From an uncultured Acidobacteriota bacterium (GTDB lineage: Bacteria; Acidobacteriota; Thermoanaerobaculia; Multivoradales; JAHEKO01): 64,000 nucleotides of DNA. Under the pieces are notes generated by a model, which was not told where the DNA came from, searched no databases, and saw only the letters and a list, made by a program, of their open reading frames with translations. Shown here in pieces: positions 1 through 8,588 of the stretch; position 1 is the stretch's first letter, and every line of letters begins with the position of its first letter. Location: contig CAVQNG010000025.1 in assembly GCA_963713825.1 (NCBI GenBank), positions 256,001-320,000 on the forward strand, written 5' to 3'. The translations under genes were made by a program, and so were the position numbers.

Positions 1-443
1 GCGTGGTAGCGGTTCTCGCCCTCCACCGCGTAGCACATGTCACCGCCCTTCTTGGCGCAGTGGAAATCACCGCGGAAGTACCAACAGCGGGGTCGCTGAC
101 AGAGATTGCCTCCGAGTGTGCCCTGGTTCCTCAGCTGCGGGCTGGCGACATCGCTTGCGGCCTGCGCCAGGCCGGGATAGCTCTCTCGAATCACGGCGCT
201 TGCCGCGATCTCCGAGATCGTGGTCAGCGCACCGATCCGAATCCCACCCTCATCCGAGGTAGTGATGCCCTTGAGCTCCTCCAGGCGGCTGATGCTGACA
301 AGCTTCTCGACCTCGAAGACCTCGTCTCGGGCACAGCCCAGGAGGTCGGTCCCACCGGCGTGAAGGTAGGCTCCCTGGCTGGCGAGATTGTCGAGCGCCT
401 CTTGCTTGGAGCGAGCGCGAATGTAAGCGAAGTTTGGCAGCAT
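1..443 (-). CDS. Xanthine dehydrogenase-family FAD-binding subunit (PaoB/YagS-like), runs off the window edge
   Basis: Not in the ORF track. Manual translation from ATG 443 gives MLPNFAYIRA...HAGGTDLL...IRIGALTT...VASPQLRNQGTLGGNLCQRPRCWYFRGDFHCAKKGGDMC. It has the FAD-binding motifs AGGTD and LRN.GT.GGN plus a Cys-rich [4Fe-4S]-type insert, and starts 3 bp after the Mo subunit stop. Confidence 0.92.
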   Translation of the reverse strand, partial: MLPNFAYIRARSKQEALDNLASQGAYLHAGGTDLLGCARDEVFEVEKLVSISRLEELKGITTSDEGGIRIGALTTISEIAASAVIRESYPGLAQAASDVASPQLRNQGTLGGNLCQRPRCWYFRGDFHCAKKGGDMCYAVEGENRYH

Positions 444-446
444 GAA

Positions 447-2759
447 TCAGGCCCTCCTCTGGTCATGAGCCGCCAGCAGCTCCAGGAGTCTGGTAGGGTT
501 GATGGGAGCCTCTGTCACTCTGACCCCGGTAGCGTGGTAGACCGCGTTGGCTATGGCCGCGGCCGTCGGGATGGTGACGGGCTCTCCCAGGCCCTTGGCA
601 CCGGTGGTGTTGCACTCCAGATCTTGGATCTCGATCGGCAGGGACTCGATGTCGGCCGGCACATCCAACGCGGTGGGGATCTTGTAGTCGTGCCAGTTTC
701 TGTTGACCATCTTGCCAGTCTGTTTCTCGTCCAGGACGCGCCGCTCCGTCAACCCGAAGCCGATTCCCATGACGATGCCGCCGTAGACCTGATTGTCGTA
801 GGTCAGGCGGCTCATCACCCTGCCGCTGTCATGGGCCCCCAAGAAGCGGAGGACCCTGACTTCTCCCGTCAATTTGTTGACCTCGACCTCACAGAACTGA
901 GCGGCGAACGGACACGTCGCCTTGCCTTCGGGGTTGGGACCCCGGTAGCCGATGCCAATCACCGTGCGCCTTCTCCTGAACAGGCCTATCTCCTTGACGG
1001 CAATGCGCTTGGAGGAATCTCGCGACGAAAAGACCTCGCCGTTTTCGAGCTTCAGCTCGCCTACCGCGACCTCCAGCTCGTCGGCCGCCATGGCCAGAAG
1101 CTGCTCCTTGCAGTCCAGCGCCGCGGCGCGGACCGCGGGTGACTCGGTAGGCACGGTCTTGCTGCCACCGCTGGCCGTGGCGAACTCGGTCGTTCCGGTG
1201 TCGGCATGTTCGATCTGAATTCGCTCTACCGGTACTCCCAGTTCTTCGGCGACGACCATGGCCATGACCGTCTTGGTCCCTGTGCCGATATCACTGGCAC
1301 CCATGTTCAAGTTGACGCTGCCATCGGCGAAGTACTTGACGACCGCCGTGGAGGGAGGTCCGCCTGCGCCAGCTACCCAGGTACAGCCCGCCATTCCCAC
1401 GCCTCGAACGACAGTGCCATCGGCGGCGGGGCGGCCTCTTGCTGCGGCCCAGCCAAAGGCTTTGGCCCCCTCCTCCAGGCACTCCTTGAAGCCGGTCGAT
1501 GTGTAGGGGATGTCTCCCCGAGCCTGACTCACAGTGGTCAGATTCTTCAGCCTCAGCTGCAATGGGTCCATGCCGAGCTTCTCCGCCAGGGCGTCGAGAA
1601 TCTGTTCGAGGGCCCAGGAGCCCTGCGGGTGCCCGGGGGCGCGCATGGGTCTCTCTTCACCGGCGTTCATGTAAGCGCTCTGGCCCTTGGACCGCACGTT
1701 CGGGCAACGATAGAGATCGCGAATCTGCCAATCGAAGAGGCCGGTGCCATAGGGGGAGTAGGCGCCTCCGGAGCCCAGGGCCTCGAAATCGAGAGCTGTC
1801 AGGGTGCCATCGCTGCGCGCCCCGGCCCTGAGCCGCATGGTGCCGCCGGGCCGGTTGCCAACACACAGGAGCGTCTCTTCGCGGCTCAAGAAGACTTTCA
1901 CGGGACTGGCGGTCTTCTTGGCCAGTAGGGCGGCGATGAGGGTGTACTTGCCGATGGCCAATTTGGAACCGAATCCGCCCCCAACGTAGTGCCCAATGAC
2001 TCTGACGTGGCTGAGTGGCAGATCGAGGGCGGCGGCCGTCTGGCTTTGGACGTTGTAGACACCCTGTGTCGACTCCCAGAGGGTCAACTTGTCTCCCTCC
2101 CAGCGGGCCACACAGCCGTGCGTCTCCAGCGGGGTGTGTAGCAGGAAAGGAACCTTATAGGTCTCTTCGACGATTGCCTCCGCCGCTGCGAACCCTGCGT
2201 CGAGATCGCCGCGCTCGTAAGTGGACGGCTCGCCGACGCTATTGCCCTCAGGATGCAAATTGGGAGCTCCGGGCTCGAGAGCCGCCTCCGGAGTCGAAAC
2301 TGCCTTTAGCACTTCATAGTCGACTGCAATAGCACGCAGGGCGTCCTGCGCCTGGTAGGGAGTCTGTGCCGCCACGGCTGCAACGGCTTCGCCCTCGAAC
2401 CGACATGTCGTGTCGAACAGCACCGACTCCGGCCCATCGCTCTCGGGTTGCCAGGGAATGTCCGCGCCGGGACTATCCGAAGTCAGCACTGCGCGGACGC
2501 CGGGCATCTGCTCAGCGGCGGATGGATCGAGACTCTTGATCTTGGCGTGTGCGTGAGGGCATCGCAGGACAGCGCCGTACAGCATGTCTGGCAGATTGAC
2601 ATCGGAAGGGTAGACGGCGGCACCGCTCAAGCGCTGGTAGGCATCGACGCGAGGCAAAGGCTCGCCTACGACCCGGGTTTCGGTCCAGTGGTCCTGGCGC
2701 TGCTTCGGCTCCGGGGTCTCAGGAATCGGTCCGCGCACATAGTAGTTTGCCCTGGTCAT
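447..2759 (-). CDS. Xanthine dehydrogenase/aldehyde oxidoreductase-family molybdopterin-binding subunit (PaoC/YagR-like)
   Basis: 770 aa. Motifs VGGGFGSK, MRAPG, GASDIGTG, SGGSK and AKGLGE (catalytic Glu). ATGA overlap with the 2Fe-2S subunit. Confidence 0.95.
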   Translation of the reverse strand: MTRANYYVRGPIPETPEPKQRQDHWTETRVVGEPLPRVDAYQRLSGAAVYPSDVNLPDMLYGAVLRCPHAHAKIKSLDPSAAEQMPGVRAVLTSDSPGADIPWQPESDGPESVLFDTTCRFEGEAVAAVAAQTPYQAQDALRAIAVDYEVLKAVSTPEAALEPGAPNLHPEGNSVGEPSTYERGDLDAGFAAAEAIVEETYKVPFLLHTPLETHGCVARWEGDKLTLWESTQGVYNVQSQTAAALDLPLSHVRVIGHYVGGGFGSKLAIGKYTLIAALLAKKTASPVKVFLSREETLLCVGNRPGGTMRLRAGARSDGTLTALDFEALGSGGAYSPYGTGLFDWQIRDLYRCPNVRSKGQSAYMNAGEERPMRAPGHPQGSWALEQILDALAEKLGMDPLQLRLKNLTTVSQARGDIPYTSTGFKECLEEGAKAFGWAAARGRPAADGTVVRGVGMAGCTWVAGAGGPPSTAVVKYFADGSVNLNMGASDIGTGTKTVMAMVVAEELGVPVERIQIEHADTGTTEFATASGGSKTVPTESPAVRAAALDCKEQLLAMAADELEVAVGELKLENGEVFSSRDSSKRIAVKEIGLFRRRRTVIGIGYRGPNPEGKATCPFAAQFCEVEVNKLTGEVRVLRFLGAHDSGRVMSRLTYDNQVYGGIVMGIGFGLTERRVLDEKQTGKMVNRNWHDYKIPTALDVPADIESLPIEIQDLECNTTGAKGLGEPVTIPTAAAIANAVYHATGVRVTEAPINPTRLLELLAAHDQRRA

Positions 2760-3406
2760 GACTGACCTCCCTTGCCGCGCTTCAGATCAGCGGCCAGGCG
2801 AGCTGCCTTGAAGATGTTGGGATAGGTACCGCAGCGGCAGAGGTTGCCGCTGACTCCGGTGCGGATCTCCTCGAGAGAGGGATCCGGGTTGGAGCGCAGC
2901 AGGCCTTCGACGGCCATGACCTGCCCCGGCGTGCAGTAGCCGCACTGGAAGGCGTCTTTTTCCTTGAAAGCCTGTTGGACGGCGCCGAGCTCTTCACCTT
3001 CGAGCAGCCCCTCCAGCGTGGTGATCTGGCTGTCCTCCGCCTCCAGGGCAAGGGTCATGCAGGAGTAGCGGGGCACATTGTCCACGAGAACTGTACAGGC
3101 ACCGCACTCGCCGCGATCGCACCCGAGCTTGGTCCCGGTCAAGACCAACTGCTCTCTCAGCACATAGGCGAGTGACCAACGGGGTTCGACCAGTAGTCGC
3201 CGTTGAATGCCATTGATTTGCAGCGCGACCGGTACAGCTTCGCCAGCTTCGACGACGGGTGCGGAGCCGGTGTCCGTAGCCCCCTCCACGGCCGGAACGC
3301 CGGTTGCGATCCCCACTGCGCCGATACCGGCACCGGTCAGGAAGTGCCGACGAGTGACTCCTGGTTCGGTACCTCTCTCCTTCTTCTTCCGGTGGTTGTC
3401 TGCCAT
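2756..3406 (-). CDS. (2Fe-2S)-binding subunit with Tat signal peptide (PaoA/YagT-like)
   Basis: TRRHFL twin-arginine motif followed by a hydrophobic stretch. Cluster motifs GCDRGECGAC, C..., QCGYCTPG and NLCRCG. GGAGG RBS upstream. Confidence 0.95.
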   Translation of the reverse strand: MADNHRKKKERGTEPGVTRRHFLTGAGIGAVGIATGVPAVEGATDTGSAPVVEAGEAVPVALQINGIQRRLLVEPRWSLAYVLREQLVLTGTKLGCDRGECGACTVLVDNVPRYSCMTLALEAEDSQITTLEGLLEGEELGAVQQAFKEKDAFQCGYCTPGQVMAVEGLLRSNPDPSLEEIRTGVSGNLCRCGTYPNIFKAARLAADLKRGKGGQS

Positions 3407-3535
3407 TCGATTCCTCCGGGTGTCTGGCTGATTACGCTCAACTATACCGCGGGACCCCCCGCCTGCGTCCGCGTTTTCGCTGCGGCGGAGCGAAGCACTT
3501 GCGAGGCGGTTCGGAGAGGCAGGTAGAAGGCCCCA

Positions 3536-4882
3536 TCACCAGTGCCGGATTCGCTCCAGTCGGACCATGAAGTCGAAGGCTTCGTCCCGGTGGCACTGCC
3601 TGCAAGTGAGCTCATCGGGGATCCGGCCTCCGTTGGTCAGGAAGGTCTGCCGATCCTGCATGATCCCCTTGTCCATGTAGGCCGAGCCTGGCCCGTGGCA
3701 GGCTTCGCAACCCACGCCCTGGCGTTGGTCGTAGTCCTTTTGGAACACGGCGCCGGGATTCTGAGCCGCTGTCAGATGGCACATCCGGCAACGCTGCTCT
3801 TCGGCAGGGTTGGTGATCTCCTGGTAGTCCTCATGGCTGGCTGCCAGTGCTCTTGCCTGATCCGTTGTCAGGGTGTGGTAAGCGCGCGAGTGGCGGCTCG
3901 CGATCCAATGCCCAGCGGGTCCTCTCGCCGGACCTTTGCTGTGGCAGGGAAAGCAGGCTCCGGATCCCACATAAGTGTAGTCGGCCGCTCCGTCGACGAC
4001 TTTTCGAGCCGACACCGTTCGCCGTAGGAAGCTCACCTCCATTCGCGAGACATTGTCATCGTCATCGCGATAAAAATCGACTTTCCATGGCTCCTGCTCG
4101 CAGATGAAGCTGTCGGCGGCCACCGGACGCATGCTGTCAGGGGCGAACTCCATGAGGCGCATGCTGTCACCGACGCGCCAAACATCGAAGCTGAAGCCGC
4201 CACCCAGGTCGTAGTGGCCAACGTACTGATCGAGAACACGCCGGGAAATGGTGGCCGGTGCTGGGCGCTCCAGCATCACCTCACCGGGCCGTCGACCATC
4301 GGCATCGGTCAGCTCCGGATCGGCGCCCGCATCGAGAAGAAGTTCCACCAGCTGAGGATGACCGCCTCGGTAGGCGACATTCAGGGTAGACCAACCTTCG
4401 TTGGTGGTGGCGTCGGGATCGGCACCTGCTTCCAGGAGAAGTCGAGCGACCTTCAGACAACCCCTCCGGGCGGCGACATGTAAGGGTGTCCTCCCCCAGC
4501 GGTTATGAACGGTGATGTCACCTCCCGCCCTCATGAGGGACGCCATCGTCTCCGCGTCGTCATGATGGGCCGCACCATGAAGAGGTGTTCCGCCGTCGGC
4601 GCCGACGTTGTTGGGGTCGGAACCGGCCTCGGCGAGGAATCGAGCTGCTGCCCCATGCCCTCGAATCGCCGCCCACTGCAAAGCGCTGTAGCCGACCTCG
4701 TCCACGGCTTGAAGGAGCTCTGGATTGGCAGTGGTCAGCTCTTCAATCCGATCGAGTCTGCCGGCCTTGGCAGCTTCGATGAGCTCCTCGCTATGCACCA
4801 TCGCGGGGAGAGAAACGGCAGTGAAGAGAAGGAGAAGTGAGGCGGCCGAAACGGCCGAAGTGGGCGCAGGAAGGAGCAACAT
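3536..4882 (-). CDS. Secreted ankyrin-repeat protein fused to a DUF3471-like domain and a c554-like tetraheme cytochrome c domain
   Basis: Hydrophobic N-terminus. Ankyrin repeats GYSALQWAA, GGTPLHGAA, GRTPLHVAA, GWSTLNVAY. Middle segment LDQYVGHYDL. Four CxxCH motifs (CFPCH, CRMCH, CEACH, CRQCH) with YVGS and VGCEACHGPGS contexts typical of c554-type domains. Confidence 0.85.
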   Translation of the reverse strand: MLLLPAPTSAVSAASLLLLFTAVSLPAMVHSEELIEAAKAGRLDRIEELTTANPELLQAVDEVGYSALQWAAIRGHGAAARFLAEAGSDPNNVGADGGTPLHGAAHHDDAETMASLMRAGGDITVHNRWGRTPLHVAARRGCLKVARLLLEAGADPDATTNEGWSTLNVAYRGGHPQLVELLLDAGADPELTDADGRRPGEVMLERPAPATISRRVLDQYVGHYDLGGGFSFDVWRVGDSMRLMEFAPDSMRPVAADSFICEQEPWKVDFYRDDDDNVSRMEVSFLRRTVSARKVVDGAADYTYVGSGACFPCHSKGPARGPAGHWIASRHSRAYHTLTTDQARALAASHEDYQEITNPAEEQRCRMCHLTAAQNPGAVFQKDYDQRQGVGCEACHGPGSAYMDKGIMQDRQTFLTNGGRIPDELTCRQCHRDEAFDFMVRLERIRHW

Positions 4883-4966
4883 GACGCCTTCTTTCCGGGT
4901 TTGTGTCGCTGGTTTAGCCTCCCAGGGCTGGAACCCGTCGGCCCTGGACTGTTCTCTATCTCTTCT

Positions 4967-4992
4967 TACGAAGATCGGATCGGGAGGTTTCT
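4967..4992 (-). promoter_or_regulatory. Putative ECF sigma factor promoter
   Basis: Minus strand reads AGAAAC-N16-CGTA about 85 bp upstream of the 4882 start, matching the SigW-type (T)GAAAC-N16-CGTA pattern. Confidence 0.5.
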
Positions 4993-5059
4993 AGTCTGAG
5001 GAGGGTTGCCTAGCGGGCCCTCTTGCTACATCCTTGGCGCTAGTGTCGATGGAGTAGCC

Positions 5060-6478
5060 ATGAAGTCTGAACATCGATCGAAGACGTTTCTACTGTTGAT
5101 GGCCCTGGGGCTGGCAGCGGCGGGGTTGTCGTGCCAGAAGTCCGTCGAACAGCGACGACCCAACCTGATCCTGGTCTCAATCGATACGCTGCGGGCAGAT
5201 CATCTGTCAGCCTACGGATACGACCGCCCAACCAGCCCGGAAATCAGCCGCTTGGCGAAAGAAGGGATCCTCTTCGAGCAGGCGTTCAGCCAGTCTCCCA
5301 AGACTGCAACGTCTCACATGTCGTTGTTTACCGGTGTCTACCCGCCGGCTCATCGGGTCGCCAACTGGGGTGAACGCCGAGTGCGGCGGTTGTCTGATGA
5401 CGTGCCGACTCTGGCGACGCTGTTGGCGCGGTCCGGTTACAGGACGGAGGCGCACACGGGTGGCGGCAACGTCAGCGCTCGACTCGGCTTCGACCAGGGT
5501 TTCCAGGTTTACGAGGAGCACCGGGGCACAGACCCCGTCTTCGCGGGTGCCAGCAAGGCCCTCGACCGATTCGCCCAGGCAGGAGGAGGCGCGAAAGCCC
5601 CCTTCTTTCTGTTTGTCCACACCTTCGAGGTCCACGATCCGTATGTGCCGCCACCGGAGTTCGCCGCGGAGTTCTCGGATCCGTCGTACTCGGGAGACAT
5701 CGTCAGCTCCCAGGAGGAATTGGAGCGCTTGGCGGGCGGCGGCAACTATTGGGCGCGGAATCGGGAGTTCTGGCGACGGGTGGACCGAGAGGACCCCGCC
5801 GACATCCAGCATCTGAGGGATCTCTATGATGCGGAGATCCTATTCACGGACTCACAGATCGCGGCTTTCCGACAACGCCTGCGAAAGCTCGAACTCGAGG
5901 ATGAGACGATTCTCGTCGTCCTCTCGGATCACGGCGAGGAGTTTCTCGACCACGGCGGCTTTCTCCACAATGCCCTGTTTCAGGAGATCCTGCACGTACC
6001 ACTGGTCTTCCGATTTCCAGCCAGCTTGGGACTCGCTACCGGTCTTCGAATTCAGGACGTGGTCCAGCTGGTCGATGTGGTGCCGACCCTCTTGGAGGTG
6101 CTGGACTTGCCGGCCCCGGAGCACCTCCAAGGAAGATCGCTGCTGCCCCTAATCGAGGGTGGGGAGCCCCTGGACAGGCCAGTCTTCAGTCAATGGCTGG
6201 CGGGCGGCAGAATCGTTGCACTGCGCGATGGTGATTGGAAGTACATCCAATTCAAGAGGCAGGAGCAGCTCTTCGATCTCGCCGCGGACCCGGGTGAATC
6301 GTTGGATCGAGTCCTGACGCAGCCCGAGGTCCTGGAGAGACTTCGGGCGAGGGTCGGCGAGATCATCGGCGAGAGCTATGCATTTGCCGAGACCCAGACA
6401 CCGGCTCGACCGCCGCAGCTCGACCAGGAGACTCGGCAACAGCTGGAGGCTCTTGGCTACCTTGAAGGGGATTCTTGA
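5060..6478 (+). CDS. Sulfatase-fold (alkaline phosphatase superfamily) lipoprotein with Thr at the nucleophile position
   Basis: ATG 5060 with GGAG RBS. Lipobox-like AAAGLSC. Motifs IDTLRADHL, PKTATSHMSLFTG, HTFEVHDPY, SDHGEEF, and C-terminal LEALGYL. Confidence 0.88.
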   Translation: MKSEHRSKTFLLLMALGLAAAGLSCQKSVEQRRPNLILVSIDTLRADHLSAYGYDRPTSPEISRLAKEGILFEQAFSQSPKTATSHMSLFTGVYPPAHRVANWGERRVRRLSDDVPTLATLLARSGYRTEAHTGGGNVSARLGFDQGFQVYEEHRGTDPVFAGASKALDRFAQAGGGAKAPFFLFVHTFEVHDPYVPPPEFAAEFSDPSYSGDIVSSQEELERLAGGGNYWARNREFWRRVDREDPADIQHLRDLYDAEILFTDSQIAAFRQRLRKLELEDETILVVLSDHGEEFLDHGGFLHNALFQEILHVPLVFRFPASLGLATGLRIQDVVQLVDVVPTLLEVLDLPAPEHLQGRSLLPLIEGGEPLDRPVFSQWLAGGRIVALRDGDWKYIQFKRQEQLFDLAADPGESLDRVLTQPEVLERLRARVGEIIGESYAFAETQTPARPPQLDQETRQQLEALGYLEGDS

Positions 6479-6509
6479 CGGATCGCTGGATCGATCTGCC
6501 GCCGGGACT

Positions 6510-7958
6510 TCAGTGAGCCCCTTTGCCACTCAAGACGACGGGGATGGTCTTGAGGAGGATCTTCATGTCCAGCAGGGGTGACCAGCTGTCGATGTACTCC
6601 AGATCCAGCTCGACCCATCGATCGAAATCGAGCTCGTTGCGGCCCTGGACCTGCCAAAGGCAGGTGAGGCCTGGGCGCATGGAGAGGCGTCGCCTCTGCC
6701 AGCGCTGATACTGGGAGACTTCCTGTGGTACGGGTGGTCGCGGGCCTACCAGACTCATGTCACCCTTGAGGACATTCCACAGCTGAGGTAGCTCGTCGAG
6801 ACTGAACTGACGCAGCCAGCGACCGACGGGCGTCACACGTGGGTCCCGCTTGACCTTGAAGACCGGCCCACTCATCTCGTTCAGGTGGGCGATCGACTGC
6901 CGTTGGCTTTCGGCATCTTCCACCATGGTGCGAAATTTGTAGAGCGTGAAACGGCGACCATTGAGACCACAGCGGGTCTGGGTGAACAGCACCCGACCAC
7001 CTCCAGCGAGCTTGAGCAATCCGGCGATGACCAGCATGACGGGCAACGCCACCATCAGCAGCATGGCGGAGATCGACACATCGATCGCCCGCTTGCCGAG
7101 CAGCTGCAATTCGCTGGCGGGTGTGTGGTCGTAGGTCAGAACGGGGAGGTTGTCGAGGGCCCCGACTTCGACCTTGGCAGCGGTGTGGGGAAGGAAGCTG
7201 AGGGCCAGCCTCGAGCGAACCCCCTGCTCCTCGAGGGCGAGCAACAGAGCCTCGAGCTGCGCGGGGTGTGGACGATCGAGGGCGAAGATGACTTCGTCTA
7301 CCACGTTCTCTTCGACGACCTCCGGGAGCTCATCCAGGACGCCGATTACCGGGTACGGGGCTTCGCCCGTAATGCCCTCTCGTCTGCTCTCGGCGATCAG
7401 GCCCAGGATCCTGAGACCCCAGTAGCCATGTTGCTCGACCAGATCGGCAACTCTGGCGGCGGTGGCTCCGGTACCGACGATGACGACGGTTCGATAGTTG
7501 TACCCTTTCTCACGAGCGTAGCGAGCCAAGGCGCGCACCGCGACGGTCCTCGCCAAGAGGAGCACGGTGGTGAGGAAGTAGAGGAGGAAGATCCAGGCCC
7601 GACTGATCTTGTCACCTCCCAACAGTCGGTCGTCGAGTCGCAGGGCGTAGATGACCAGCACCAGCAGCAACGCACTGGCGATCGAGAGCCGGAGAATTTC
7701 TCGGGCTTCCTGCTGCAAGGGCACCGTGCGCTGCGATCGATAGAGCGTCGAACGGTAGAGCAGGAACCACCAGATCACCAGGGTGATCGGCAGCAGTGGG
7801 AGGTACTGCTTTAGGGGATAGAGGTTGGTGGCTGACCAGCCCCACGAAGGAAAGGCCTGGCTTCGCAACCAGAACGCCAAGAAGAAGGACAGCGTGACGA
7901 GCAACAGGTCCACCGCAAGGAGGCTGCCGGCGACGATTCTTGCCCGTTCCTTCAGCAT
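6510..7958 (-). CDS. Polyprenyl glycosylphosphotransferase, priming sugar transferase (WcaJ/WbaP family)
   Basis: Four N-terminal TM helices, a central Rossmann-like VIVGTG segment, and a C-terminal domain with KRAID, YKFRTM, DPRVTPVG, SLDELPQLWNVLKGDMSLVGPRP and RPGLT. Confidence 0.95.
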   Translation of the reverse strand: MLKERARIVAGSLLAVDLLLVTLSFFLAFWLRSQAFPSWGWSATNLYPLKQYLPLLPITLVIWWFLLYRSTLYRSQRTVPLQQEAREILRLSIASALLLVLVIYALRLDDRLLGGDKISRAWIFLLYFLTTVLLLARTVAVRALARYAREKGYNYRTVVIVGTGATAARVADLVEQHGYWGLRILGLIAESRREGITGEAPYPVIGVLDELPEVVEENVVDEVIFALDRPHPAQLEALLLALEEQGVRSRLALSFLPHTAAKVEVGALDNLPVLTYDHTPASELQLLGKRAIDVSISAMLLMVALPVMLVIAGLLKLAGGGRVLFTQTRCGLNGRRFTLYKFRTMVEDAESQRQSIAHLNEMSGPVFKVKRDPRVTPVGRWLRQFSLDELPQLWNVLKGDMSLVGPRPPVPQEVSQYQRWQRRRLSMRPGLTCLWQVQGRNELDFDRWVELDLEYIDSWSPLLDMKILLKTIPVVLSGKGAH

Positions 7959-8165
7959 TGTGTTCTCGACTTCAGGCTGCTTTCAAGGGATTCGTGTGCA
8001 TGAATATTCTATGAGATGTCGCGGGTCTGAGGGTGGAATTTGTAACAGTCATCTTCCAGGCAGGAGTGGGCTCTATAATCAAGGCCAGTTTCTCGAGTGA
8101 GCGACCACACTCTTCGCGTAACTCCCGGAGTGAGGCGGAGAAGGGCAGGGATGGAGGATTCAAGC

Positions 8166-8588
8166 ATGGATACTGCCGATACCGGTAGCCGAGCTGCGGT
8201 CAAGCAAGTGGAATCGGCTGCCCGTCAGCCCGTGTCCGCTGGCACCCAGACCGAGATGCAGATGCTGCTGGGTCCGGAGGACGGTGCTCCGAACTTCAAT
8301 CTGCGGCGGTTCATCATGGGAGAGGGTGGCGGCATGCCCATGCACAGGAACCGGGTAGAGCACGAGCAGTATGTGCTGCGCGGCAAGGCCAGGGTGGGCA
8401 TCGGCGATGACGTCCACGAGGTGGAGGCCGATCAGGTCCTGTTCATTCCTGCCGGGGTGCCGCACTACTACGAAGTCGTCGAAGCGCCCTTCGAGTTCCT
8501 GTGTATCGTGCCTCAGGCGGACGACCAGATCGAGATACTCCCAGGCGGAGACGAGAGCCCGAGCCAGGCACCAGGAGGGTCCGAGTGA
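8166..8588 (+). CDS. Cupin domain protein
   Basis: Cupin motifs PMHRNRVEHEQYVLRG and FIPAGVPH. Start chosen by GGAGG RBS (8151 is an alternative). Confidence 0.88.
   Translation: MDTADTGSRAAVKQVESAARQPVSAGTQTEMQMLLGPEDGAPNFNLRRFIMGEGGGMPMHRNRVEHEQYVLRGKARVGIGDDVHEVEADQVLFIPAGVPHYYEVVEAPFEFLCIVPQADDQIEILPGGDESPSQAPGGSE

Noticed and set aside
3-1142. 379-aa plus-strand ORF, and similar long antisense or alternate-frame ORFs (e.g. 12572-13648, 16761-18113, 31831-33375, 51432-52919, 61833-63443)
   Set aside because: These are shadow ORFs opposite well-supported genes. They are expected in high-GC DNA and have no recognisable motifs.
3407-3535. Possible Moco riboswitch upstream of the molybdoenzyme operon
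   Set aside because: I could see none of the conserved Moco RNA motif elements, only an RBS and a possible -10 element (TATAGT).
5060-6478. Annotation of the three sulfatase-fold genes as arylsulfatase or choline sulfatase
   Set aside because: The (C/S)xPxR formylglycine motif is absent in all three.
8074-8079. Perfect TATAAT upstream of the cupin gene
   Set aside because: There is no -35 at the right spacing and no extended -10 TG, so it is insufficient on its own.
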